The notes under the pieces are model-generated. The model saw only the letters and a list, made by a program, of their open reading frames with translations. It ran no database searches and was not told where the DNA came from. 64,000 nucleotides of DNA from Mobula hypostoma. Lineage: Eukaryota. The stretch covers positions 100,690,001-100,754,000 of the forward strand of contig NC_086097.1 in assembly GCF_963921235.1 (NCBI RefSeq), read 5' to 3'. Position 1 is the stretch's first letter; every line of letters begins with the position of its first letter. Below are positions 52,298-64,000 of the stretch, piece by piece. Made by a program: the position numbers and the translations under genes.

Positions 52298-54309
52298 CTG
52301 TCAATCAAACACAACCACATCTAAAGTCAACATTCTTCCAAGATCTTTTATTTTTATGAACCCTTTGCTTATGTTCTTCTGTGCCAATCTCCACCCACTT
52401 TAAGTGAGAACACACATTTAAAATTTCATATGGAAGTACATTATTAACATAATTGCAGTCACTAATACTAAATGCATCAATAACTATTATATCAGGGAGC
52501 TATGCGTTGAGAGGCTGTTTCTGAATTAGTGTTGATGGAGATCTGTAACTTTCTACCAGCAGAGTCTCTGTGCCTGCAGTACTGTATAGGGGGTGAATCA
52601 CCACCAGATCATCATGTGGTGGCTGGCCTATGCCAGTTTGTTACTCAGCACTGAATTCTGGATATCATTAATGCTCTCTGTTCAAGGAATAGTCGCTTCA
52701 GCTTCCTTAATGGCGGAGACCAGCAAGGATCATGGAGCTACACGAATTCCAAGGGTTGTCATTACCCCAAGTTTCCAAACTGTAGGTGATCACAAGATAA
52801 ATTTCTGCCTGTCACTGCAATCTTTCAAGATGCTTGCATGATAATTTTAGCCTCACATAATCCTCCATTGTTGGCATTATTTTGGCTACAGCTCACAGAG
52901 ACTTGACACTTGGCCAACAATGGCAATCCCCTTTGACTCCACCCACTCTCCAGGATCCTGCTGAATAATCAGAGCTGTGAAGCCATCAAGGCCCTCAAGA
53001 GGAGATTTCAGTGTGGGAACAATCAGTGGGTGCTCTACTGTACTCCCAGATATGTGGCCCTCATAAGGGCTCAACTTCTGCCTCACAGGAAAACAACACA
53101 TAGAAGCAGGAATACATAATTTACCATTCAACCAGATCAGAAATTATCTTTTCCCTCAGTGCCATTTTTCTGTTATAACTTCAGATCTTTAATTTCTAAT
53201 ATCTAGAAAACTATCAGTGCCAATCTTGAAAATACTCATAGCTGTGCTTCCATAATCCTCTTGGGCACAGAATTCAAAATATTTACCAATTTATGTGTAA
53301 AGACTTTTGTTGTCTCTGCTCCCATTTTGTGATCAACCCAATTTCATACATGCAGCCAGGAGAAAGACCAACTCCACATCTACCCTGTCAAATTCCATAT
53401 GAATTCTGTATGCCTCAGTGACATCACCTATCCTTCAAAGCAGAGTCAGTCTCCTTAATAACTACTCATATGCAAAATCTGCCTGACCCAAACTAAGTCA
53501 AGTGTGCATTCCCTAATAAATTCCCTTCATTGCAAGAACTGTGCAATCTCAATAAAACATAGGCTCAGGAGAATAACATGTGCATTTTAAGGTACTGGTT
53601 TATAAGTGAAACCATCTTGGAGGGGATGATAATACCTACAGTATATCCAAAATCATAATCTAATGAGGAAAATTATGTTGAGGTTGCAGGTATATACTTG
53701 AAGATTTGATGACCTCAAGGGAGTGCCTTGGCTTCCAGTTACCTGTCATTTTAATTCTCCACCCTTTAAATTCAATATTAAATTCAGATGTCAATGTGCT
53801 GGAGGAACTTAGCAACTCATGCAGCATCTGTGGGAGGAAAGAAATTGTCGACCTTTCAGATTGCAACCCTGTACCGAGTCTGAAAATTAACCCCAACTGC
53901 TGATCTGGAACATTGATAATTTCTTCTTTCCATAGATACTGTCCTACCTGCTGGTATTCCAAGCATTCTCCTTTGGATTTCAGGTTTCTACAATAGCTCT
54001 GAGGTGCATTTCACAGCTTTGCATGTTACCTTGTCTGTTTTCTCTTTCTCCCATGAACCTCTGGACCATAGTGCTCTGTAACCAGGGCACCCTTGGCCTC
54101 ACTTACACACTCATCATCATGTACTATACACCCAACCTCTCTGCAACTTTAAAATAACCTGTTTTTCCTCCCCCCTTCTTATGAAGAAATTTTGACTTGA
54201 AATATTAACTCTGTTTCTCAGATATTCCTGACTTGCATTTTCTGTTTTTATATCCCTCCTTTGGTGGGGAGAGCATATTATATGTAATATTATGAATATT
54301 AAAGGAAAA

Positions 54310-55100
54310 AAAGCTGAATCATTCATAACTACGTTCGGCCAGAAGTGGTGAGTGGATGATCTAAATCAGCTTCTTTCTGAGACTCCCACCGTCACAAAAA
54401 TCAGTGTCCATGCAATTCAATTCATTGCATATAATATCAAGGAATGGCTGATAGCACCAGATAGAGCAAATGGCTTGGGGCCGGACAACACACCTGCTCT
54501 AGAATTAGCTGAACGTCTAGCCAAGCTAGATCAGCTACATAAATACAATAAATACATGTAGGTCAGAAGATGGCTATTCATTGGCAGAAGACTCACCCTG
54601 TGATACCAAACACTTTTCCATTCCTGACACTCCAAGGTCTTCCTGTTATTTTGCAAAGCACAAATTAGGAGCATGATGGAACACTTTCTATTTGCAGTAC
54701 GAACAATTCTCAAGAAATTTGTATTATCCAGAGAAAAGCAGCCCACTCACCACCCCTAGGATTTATTCTCTCCATTACTGGTACACAGTGGCTGCAGCAA
54801 TGCTGTTTAAATGGTGCACAGCAGTTACTTGCCCAGGCTACTCTAAAATGTCTACTACCAAGAAGGACAAGTATAGCAGACGCATAGGAACATCAGCAGC
54901 TGCAGGCTTCCCTATAAAATGCACAACACAACCTCTTGCAGATATTTCACTGATCCTACATTGTCACTGGAATTAAATCCTACAATCTTCTACCCAGCAG
55001 CACTGCAGAAATACCTTTACTAGAAAGATTATTGTGGTTCAAGGAGGTTCACTACTACCATCTTGAGGACAATCAGGGATGGTCAATAAATATGAGTGCC
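54310..55100 (+). mobile_element. Old CR1/L2-group LINE fragment
   Basis: GLGPDNTP..LELAERLAKL peptide; 3' end GGACAATCAGGGATGGTCAATAAAT resembles the antisense fragment at ~42270. Confidence 0.55.
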
Positions 55101-58100
55101 AAAGCCTCCGTGTTATGTCCCTTTGACCTTGTATTGTGTTAGTCATTTGCTGAGAAATGTGCTCATGTATAGCCCAATTAATGATTCAGTAAAATCATGG
55201 ATACCAAGCTTCATGCAATAATGTGTCTTATGGCCCACTGAATTCCCACTGTTTCCAGTCTTCAGTAGCACTGAACTCTCTCATCTGCACTGTACAAATG
55301 TTCAGTTATGTTCATGGGAATTTGATGTTGTCAGTGGATTCATTGGGAGATATTCCATTCAGTAGCTTAGTTCCCTCAGTGTCCTGTATGTTCCACTATT
55401 TCCAAAGCCAATGATGTTTTTATTCCTCAATGTAATGTTGACAGTTAGCACAACCAGCAACCAATCACTTCATCATCTATGAACCTACAGTCAGTCCACC
55501 AAACTTGGACAGGTACTCTCAACTTGCACTGGTCACTGTGCCTGCAAACCTACAAGAATGGGGTCGATGGCATTAACTGTAGAGCCTCTGAGGACTCAGT
55601 AAAACATGTATGACTTGTATCTGTAGACTTTACTATTTGGGAATCCAAAGCTTTACACATTGATGATGATGCCTTCTTTAGGTGACATAACCACTATGCC
55701 ATAATCATCAGTTGTAAGAACATCCTTTCCTTGTATGCAGGACAGTGCCCTTTATATCAGAATGAGCAGTCTGAGCCAAAGTGATCCCTATGTGTGAACA
55801 ACCTAATGCCAAATATACAATTCAGGTAACACAGTTCTCACAACAAAATGAGTTAATTTCTCCTTGGAACCCACATAACTATATGGCAAAATTATAAGCT
55901 AATGTTAACTTACTTTGCATAAATATCAATATATTGTAGAATGGACTAATGAAGACATCATCTCATTTAGATATAATCAACCATGTTCACCTCTCCAATA
56001 CAGCCAAACACAAGGCAGTAATAACAAACCAAACAATGGAAACTATTACTAAATTACCAAGAAAATCACGCAATAGCAGATGCTGGAAACCTTTAATAAA
56101 AACAGAAAGTGCTGGAAACACCCAGCAGGTCAGGACAGACAAACAAAGTTAATGTTTTGGGTCAAATTGGATTTGACTAATCATGCTATGTGCCCTGCCC
56201 TTTAAAGATCACTTTTGTCGCCTCTGAAACACATTCCATCAAGGATAATAGATTAGAAATCTTAGTGACAAAATAATGATTAGAATCAGGTAATGTTTCA
56301 GGATGACAGTATCTCGTGCGGTCCGTTTAGCCACACCATTCTAAGTTGGTTGAACACACAAGAGAATCTGGAGCAACAGGCGACCTGCTGGAGGAACTCA
56401 GCAGTTGAACAGCATCCGTAGGGGGAAAGGAATCTCTGCATCAGGACTCGAAGTGTCGACGATTCCACCTCCACCTCCACAGAAGATGCTTGACCGGCTG
56501 AATTCTTCCAGCGGATTATTGGTTTATTGGGCCTACCTACAGCTGCAGCTATGCTGCCCTGTCCCAGAGGGTGCAGGCACAAATGGTGCATTGATCAACC
56601 ATGGCCCTTGTGACCTGATTGTCAATGCAGCATGGGGATCAGCCAGTTGTATCAACAAGCCAAGGCACTACTGGTATGCTGGCAGCCTTAAAGCAGACTC
56701 TCTCTTTGGACTGGACACATGCTGGCCTTGCTACTCAGTGAAGACCAGATTGCATGTTGCTTTTGATGTCTCCAGATTTGTGGCAACAGCTGTCATGATG
56801 GCAGAAGTTTGTGCATGGCTGCCAATGATCTGTATCAAACTGGCAGCAAACAGACTTTAATAGACACAGTAAGACTTTAACAGACAATAGGCTGTGGGCT
56901 GTAGACTCTGGGTGGTCTCTGTCTGGGTTGTCCTAAACAGCAATATCTCTTCCATCAAGTTCCAACATGGATATGCCAATGCCCACTGGCACTAGATACT
57001 CAGCACTTTTTGACCAAGGGGTCAGTCTCGTGGCTTCACTGAAAGCCCTTTGAAGGACTGGAGAGTCTCTCTCAACATCTCATTTCACTCCAAGACCTGA
57101 GGTTATATTTAAGGCATCAAATACTATATTACTTTTTGCTTATTGGGAACTTCTTCCTTGGGGTTAAGGCTACTGGGAGAAGCAACGGAAATAGGATAGT
57201 GAGGAGAGGTGTGCACCTGGGGCATGGCCAAGTAAGTCTGCAATGATAGGGCCAAGTGCACATGGAATAGTGATGGGGATGGCACTAGTAACTGGAGTGC
57301 TTGGTAGATGTTAACATGGACAGAGGCACGCTATACAGCAAAATTGGAGAAGGAGACATCTGAAATGAAAGATTACCTACTGGCACACCTTTAATCATGG
57401 ATACTTCAAATCAAGCCTATTTCCATGATCATGAGGATCCACCATCTTGAACAGACATGAGAGAGGTAGCATTGAAAAGAGCTACCCATTGACTTTTGTC
57501 ACCTCTTCTCTATACTGCCTCATTTCAGTATTGCTGACTTGGTGTAAAGGATTCAAACTGTCACTCTCACTAGGATGTTTAACTTGCTACCTATGGTCTC
57601 TTCTATCTTCTGAAATAAGCATACATATCAGTTAGAACAAAGGCCAGAAGTGTCATGTTGGCAATGCATGAGGCTGTTTAATAGCTGAAGCCCTGAAGTC
57701 AATCTTCACAGGACAAAGTTTAAAACAGAACATTGAAATTACTGAGCAGTTAAGCTAAAGAAACTGAATTAATGTTTCAGTTTAATCACCCTTCATCAAC
57801 ACCCTGCCTAATAAGCATTTATCTGACAATGTTAATAAAAAAATACTGGTGTGCTACGCTTTAAAATTTCATACCTGCTGCCACACAAGGAACGCAATGA
57901 AAATTGTGTTCTAGTAGATCCCCAAAGAATTAGGAATAATTTACAGTCCAGTACACCTTAGATCTTGGCTCTATGATCAGAAGAATGTGTAGCCCAATTT
58001 TTTTTTTTTAAAAACAGTATTTCTAGTTCTGCTGTCACATTTTTGTAGAAGTCATGCCAAATTCTGTGATGTCAGCTAGAATAGGAACAACTGTGGTTGG

Positions 58101-59049
58101 TGATTTGAAGCTCTGATAGAAAATATTCCTGAAGCAAGAGGATACAGATCTGCAACTTTTAACTGTTGTGATAGCCTGTGCGCTGCTGAGCCAATTGTTA
58201 CTATGTATTGTTGCTCAAAAAGCTTGCATGATCCTAAAGCTTTCTGAATCGATACGAAATACACCTCAACTAAATGTTAAACACCGCATATTATCCATTT
58301 CTCTGACAATGAACCCTACTCTTCAGCTAGCACAACTATGGGAAAAGGGTTAAATAATCCTCAAGTTAAACAGGTGCTCAAAAGAGTCCTGGAAGAATGA
58401 ATGCATCTTTCATCCCTCAACATACACTACACCAACATAAATTTTGATGTATATTGATAGCAAGAGAATGCTTTGTTTAAAACAGTGCTTATGCTGAAAT
58501 AAAAGATGAGTGAACTATAAATTAATCTATTAATGTAATAATAGAGCTGACAGTTTAAACACAAACTGATAAAATGTGGCCAAAATGAAACCCATTTTAA
58601 TGAGGAAAATCTGAAAAAGAAAACAAAAAATGTGCAGCAGAATTACGATATTGAACCCAATTGAACCATGGAAACAAAAACAAGTTATTAAAAAGCTATT
58701 ATTTTGCAGACATTTCAACAGATATTGCTGACCATATTTAAAAAAATACTCTTCCAGCAAAGGCCTTATTTATTCTGAAATGAGAAAATGCAAAATGTAT
58801 CAATTATATTAACCTCTATTATTGTAAATATTACAATAAGCATTGCAATATTTATATCAAGCTTCTGTAATGCTAGTACAAGCCCAATATATTTTCAACG
58901 CTCTTTGCAATGGCGCAGTTCAGAAAATCCAGCAACTAAAGGGAAGTGGCACCTTCTCGAGTGATACAGCATTCAAAGAGTTTCTTCCCACTCACTGAAT
59001 CCACAGCACAGATCCAATTTATTCCTTTTTGATTCTCCTTCATTTCTAT

Positions 59050-59250
59050 CATCTCCTTCACTCTTCTCCACACTATTTACAGTGGCTAATTAACCTATCA
59101 ATCTGCACACCTTTGGGAAGTGGCAAGAAACTGGTACACAGCAAGAAAACTGGTCACAGTGAGAAATATGCAACTCCACACAGAGTGCCCGATTTAGCAT
59201 TGGCTGGGAGAGAAGTGAGGCAGCAGCTCTAACAGTTGTGCCACTGTGCC
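59050..59250 (-). mobile_element. V-SINE fragment
   Basis: Minus strand GGCACAGTGGCACAACTG head and CTGTGTGGAGTTGCATATTTCTCACTGTGACC core. Confidence 0.55.
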
Positions 59251-59730
59251 AGTCCTACAGAAGGTGACTCATAGTTCTATCAGTGGAACAGGTTTCCTCA
59301 TCCGAACATCTACCTCCATTCTATCAGTCTCCGCAATGAGCAACGGTCCACACCTATTGCCCTGAACTGTTTCTAACATATCCTGACTATACAGCAAAAA
59401 ATGATAACTAGATTTCTGTTTACATTGGAGTACAAGACTATAGATGTTGGAAGTTCAAGTCAAAAATCAGAATGCTGGAAGTTCTCAACAGGCATCAGAG
59501 AGAAACAGCTGATTGTTCAGGTCAAGAATCCACCAGCAAAACCGGAAAACTGAGAAGTTGTGGAATCAGGGAGGAGAGAAGAGAGAGAACTCTGGCAAGG
59601 TCTGATAGGGTGATAGGGTGCACATCAAGATGGTCAAGGGAACAAATACCAAAGAAAAGGAAAACCAAAACTGAAAGAAAGGGAGGTTAGCTAAAATTGT
59701 CCAGTATTGAATATGTAACAGCCTTAGCAA

Positions 59731-61277
59731 CATAAGACCATAAAACAAAGGAGCAGAAGTCGGCCATTCAGCCCATCAAGTCTGCTCCGCCACGTTATCA
59801 TGAGCTGATCCACTCTCCTATTTAGTCCTACTCCCCCGCCTTCTCACCATAACCTTTGCTGCCCTGGCTACTCAGATACTTATCAATCTCTTCCTTAAAT
59901 ACACCCAATGACTTGGCCTCCACTGCAGCCTGTGGCAACAAATCCCATAGATTCACCACCCTCTGGCTAAAAATATTTCTCTGCATCTCTGTTCTGAATG
60001 GGTGCCCTTCAATCCTTAAGTCATGCCCTCTCATACTAGACTCCTCCATCATGGGAAACAACTTTGCCACATTCACTCTGTCCATACCTTTCAACATTCG
60101 AAATGTTTCTATGACGACTCTCCTCATTCTTCTAAACTCCAAGGAATACAGTCCAAGAGCAGACAAACGTTCCTCATATGTTAACCCTCTCATTCCCGGA
60201 ATCATTCTAGTGAATCTTCTCTGTACCCTCTCCAACGTCAGCACATCCTTTCTTAAATAAGGAGACCAAAACTGCCCACAGTACTCCAAGTGAGGTCTCA
60301 CCAGCGCCTTATAGAGCCTCAACATCACATCTCTGCTCCTATACTCTATTCCTCTAGAAACAAATGCCAACATTGCATTCGCCTTCTTCACCACTGCCTC
60401 AACCCGGAGGTTAACCTTAAGGGTATCCTGTACGAGGACTCCCAAGTCCCGTTGCATCTCAGAACTTTGAATTCTCTCTCCATTTAGATAATAGTCTGCC
60501 CGTTTATTTCTTCTGCCAAAGTGCATAACCATACACTTTCCAACATTGTATTTCATTTGCCACTTCTTTGCCCATTCTTCCAATCTATCCAAGTCTCTCT
60601 GCAGATTCTCTGTTTCCTTAGCACTACCGGCCCCTCCACCTATCTTCATATCATCAGCAAACTTAGCCACACAGCCATCTATTCCATAATCTAAATCATT
60701 GATGCACAATGTAAAAAGAAGCGGCCCCAACACGGACCCCTGTGGAACACCACTGGTAACCGGCAGCCAACCAGAATAGGATCCCTTTATTCGCACTTTC
60801 TGTTTACAGCTAATCGACTAACGCCCTGTCCACGTATGTAACTTTCCCATAATTCCATGGGCTCTTATCTTGTTAAGTAGCCTCATGTGTGGCACCTTGT
60901 CAAAGGCCTTCTGAAAATCCAAATATACAACATCCACTGCATCTCCCTTGTCTAGCCTACTTGTAATTTCCTCAAAAAATTGTAATAGGTTTGTCAGGCA
61001 GGATTTTCCTTTAAGGAATCCATGCTGAGTTCTGCCTATCTTGTCATATGCCTCCAGGTACTCCGTAACCTCATCCTTGACAATCAACTCCAACAACTTC
61101 CCAACCACCGATGTCAAGCTAACAGGTCTATAATTTCCTTTTTGCTTCCTTGCTCCCTTCTTAAATAGCGGAGTGACATTTGCAATCTTCCAGTCCTCCA
61201 GAACTATGCCAGAATCTATCGACTTTTGAAAGATTATCGCTAATGCCTCCGCAATCTCCACAGCTACTTCCTTCAGA
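59731..61277 (-). mobile_element. 5'-truncated CR1, same subfamily as the full-length copy
   Basis: ORFs 60818-61291 and 59828-60796 match ORF2 of 43703-46519 at roughly nine residues in ten by eye; same TCTTATG tail. Confidence 0.93.
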
Positions 61278-61961
61278 TGTATTGACAACATGTACTGACA
61301 CTAGCCATCATTTCAGAAGAATTGTTAATACATAACACTAACCTGAGCTGAAATCATACAGAGCTGATAGATCTTGATACCAACCAGACTACCATTCTCA
61401 AATTAGAACTAATGGCTCCAGTTAATAACAACATAATATTCTCCAACTCTAATAATCCGATTGCCAAAGAGATCATGAGCTTTATGTGGAGTAGTTCCTA
61501 CTGAGGGTTACTTTGATGAGTTGATGCTTTCTCGAATCTTAAATTTTGCTAAGGTTATGTGCTGAGTGCCAAAGGAGTTTGATCTCAATCCTCAGTTTTT
61601 TCCACATTGTAATCCATCTATGATGTTGCTTCCCATTTATTCAATTTGTTTATATCCCCTTGGAAGCTCTCTACTTCCTCATCACTACTCTCATTCCCTT
61701 GTAGTTTCATGTCATCAGTAAACTCGGAAGTATTACATCCGATCCCTCAGCCAAATTGTCGATATTTAATGTGAACAGTGGGGTTCAAATACTGATCCTC
61801 ATGGTACCTCTCTAGTTACAACCTGTCGACCTGTGCCCAGTCTTTATTTTCTATCTGTTAATCAACTTTCAACTCACATGCTGCCCCCAATCCCATGTGC
61901 TCCAAACTTAATCAGTAACCTCCTGTGTATTGGCATTGGTTTATTATTGTCATGTACAAAG

Positions 61962-62909
61962 TGTGAGGGGATCCAGGAGTGCCCCTATTAACTGTTTGAA
62001 GGGAGACAGAGAGAGAGTTATTTACCACCGATATGTTGCTTTTGAAAAGAGAGAGAGAGAGAGACGAAGATTAACGGTTGGACTGTCACTTTAAGGCATT
62101 GGAAGTAACTTTGGATTTCTACTGAGTTGGAGTTGGAGACAGCACCGAGCAGCTCGAAAGTTGCTATGGTGACCGACAGGACATTATTGATGTTACTTCC
62201 AAGGACTTGTTGCCTGCTTGGGCATTTCTTCACAGACAAAGGAAGGAGGGACTCTTTGAATGACAGGTGATGCTCAGCCTGGTGAAGTAAATGGGAGGTC
62301 AGATGATACAGACCTTAGACACATGATCTGGACACTGAATGAGCAGTGTTGTGCCCGCAGAGAAAGTGGGTTTTGGAGGATCGATCTGTCTGATCGATCC
62401 TCCAAAACCCACTTTCTCTGCGGGCACAACACTATTTCAACGGTGAAGAAGGGGTTGACTGGTGGGGAGTTGCCTATGTGTCCACCCTTGTCGGGGTGAT
62501 AGCTCCACCACAGGAAAACCGGTCCCCCTGGTTAAAGTCACAGTCAGTGACTTGTAAAGGATTTCGGAGGATGATGAGAAGATCGACGGCAACAACTCAC
62601 CTGAAGACTCAACTCACTCTCTCTCTCTCTCTCTCCATCACTACTCAACTAAATACCACAAACTGAACTTTACTCAACATCGTAAGACTGTATCTTTTTA
62701 CCCCTAGACTTAAAGAAGCTTGGTTTTCAGACATATATATTCCACACTTACTTTTATATATAATCATTGCTAACCTGTTTGATTTATGTACGTTTATATT
62801 ACTGTATTGCGTAGTTACTAATAAATATTAGTAGTTTATAGCAATACGAGACTCCAAAGTGGTTTCTATTTCTGCTGGTTTCTTTATCCCCGTCACAGGG
62901 TACGTGACA
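61962..62909 (+). mobile_element. Solo LTR, family A copy 2 (948 bp)
   Basis: TGT...ACA termini; perfect AAAG TSD (61958-61961, 62910-62913); AATAAA at 62820-62825; inverted homologue of 11143-12161. Confidence 0.88.
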
Positions 62910-63671
62910 AAAGATACAGTGAAAAGTTTGACACACAAAATGCTGGAGGAACTCAGCAGGCCAGGCAGTATCTATGGAAAAGAATACAGTTGACTTGTTT
63001 TGTATACTGTTTATACAGATCAGACCATTACACAGTACATTGAGCTAGAATAAGGTACAACAAAAACAATGCAGATTACATGTAAAAGCCATCAAAAGAG
63101 TGTAGTAAAAATAAACGATAAAGTGCAAGATCGTAACAAAGTACGTTACCTGTGGAACCTTCATCAAGTTTGTAACATACTGTGCTGCTGCTACAAGAAA
63201 TTTTTTTCATGGTATATATACACCTATGACAACAAACTTGCACTTGAAATACACCACATCCACTGGTACCCCTTAGTTACTCTACTTCCTCAATCCATTC
63301 TCAAAGAAATCTAAAAAATTGGTCAAACACAATTTCACTTTCATAATTCATGTTAACTCAGCTCAACCATATTATTATTTTATAACTGACCTAATATCAT
63401 ATCCTTTATAAAAATATTCCAGCATTTTCCAACTAGTGACATCTGGATAACAATGAGGTGGGGGGCAGGTGGATTGCATTTTGGATTCCTTCCAAGCTTG
63501 AAGTGGAGAAATTTTGAACATACTGTAGTTTGCCAATTGTTACAGCTTAAAGCTGATCACAGATGTTTTCTTAAACAGCTAAATACATTTCATTTGCTCT
63601 TGCCAGAAGCAGCATTTTGAGTCAGCACAAGATTCAATGAGGATTGAAAGCTTCCACATGACTGCACTCAC

Positions 63672-63688
63672 AATACTTTGTCCATGTT
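63672..63688 (-). other. Candidate 17-nt microexon
   Basis: TTTTTAACTCTCCATCTTTCACACTTAG|AACATGGACAAAGTATT|GTGAGT. Confidence 0.3.
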
Positions 63689-64000
63689 CTAAGTGTGAAA
63701 GATGGAGAGTTAAAAACAACCACAAGACAGAAAAATGAAGTGATTTCAGTCTGAACCAACAATTTGATATTGCCATGCGCAATGATGGCTAATAGTCTGA
63801 GGAGATCTCCAGGAATATTAAGTAAGTAGAAGCAAGGAGATGATAATGGCCTAACTGAAGGATGGAAACTCTGGAAACGATTGACTGTAGGCTGGAACTG
63901 CCCTACATGGAGTCAGGGACAATATTTCCTCAACTTCACAAAGCAGCAGTAATGAATTTGGAACTTTGCTTATTTGTGAAGATTTAAGGTCTCAGGTCTA

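Noticed and set aside
52860..53060. LF-SINE-like ancient conserved element
   Set aside because: Only vague resemblance; needs a profile search.
54030..54075. Exon candidate ALWSRGSWEKEKTDK with donor AAG|GTAACA
   Set aside because: Phase fits the big exon, but the acceptor has a poor pyrimidine tract and the region lies between repeat remnants.

Overview
Vertebrate genomic DNA, repeat-dominated. The mix of CR1 LINEs, Penelope-like elements, V-SINEs and Rex1 suggests a cartilaginous fish (shark/ray); this is an inference. One gene is clear: a single-exon InaF-motif gene (INAFM2-like, 16272-16712, +) in a CpG island, with two uORFs and a poly(A) signal. A second gene lies on the minus strand, seen as one 808-nt coding exon (52297-51490), a strong terminal acceptor (38332) and a ~2.5-kb repeat-poor 3' UTR. 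It is tentatively CCDC9B by synteny with INAFM2 only. Mobile DNA includes a full-length CR1 with an open ORF2 and 8-bp TSD, nested CR1s, Penelope fragments, three solo LTRs with 4-bp TSDs, Tc1 and hAT-type non-autonomous elements, SINEs, and two minisatellites seeded from retroelement sequence. The most notable structures not shown by the ORF track are: a dispersed family of minimal hammerhead ribozymes in Penelope ends (one with an intact core, 26089-26126), a ~1.5-kb inverted CR1 pair bracketing the big exon, a candidate recursive splice site, a 51-nt intron-like segment before CR1 ORF1, and a hAT-like element with a 6-bp TSD carrying transposase exon 1. No wholly new system can be established from sequence alone. 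Most findings are local instances or variants of known classes.
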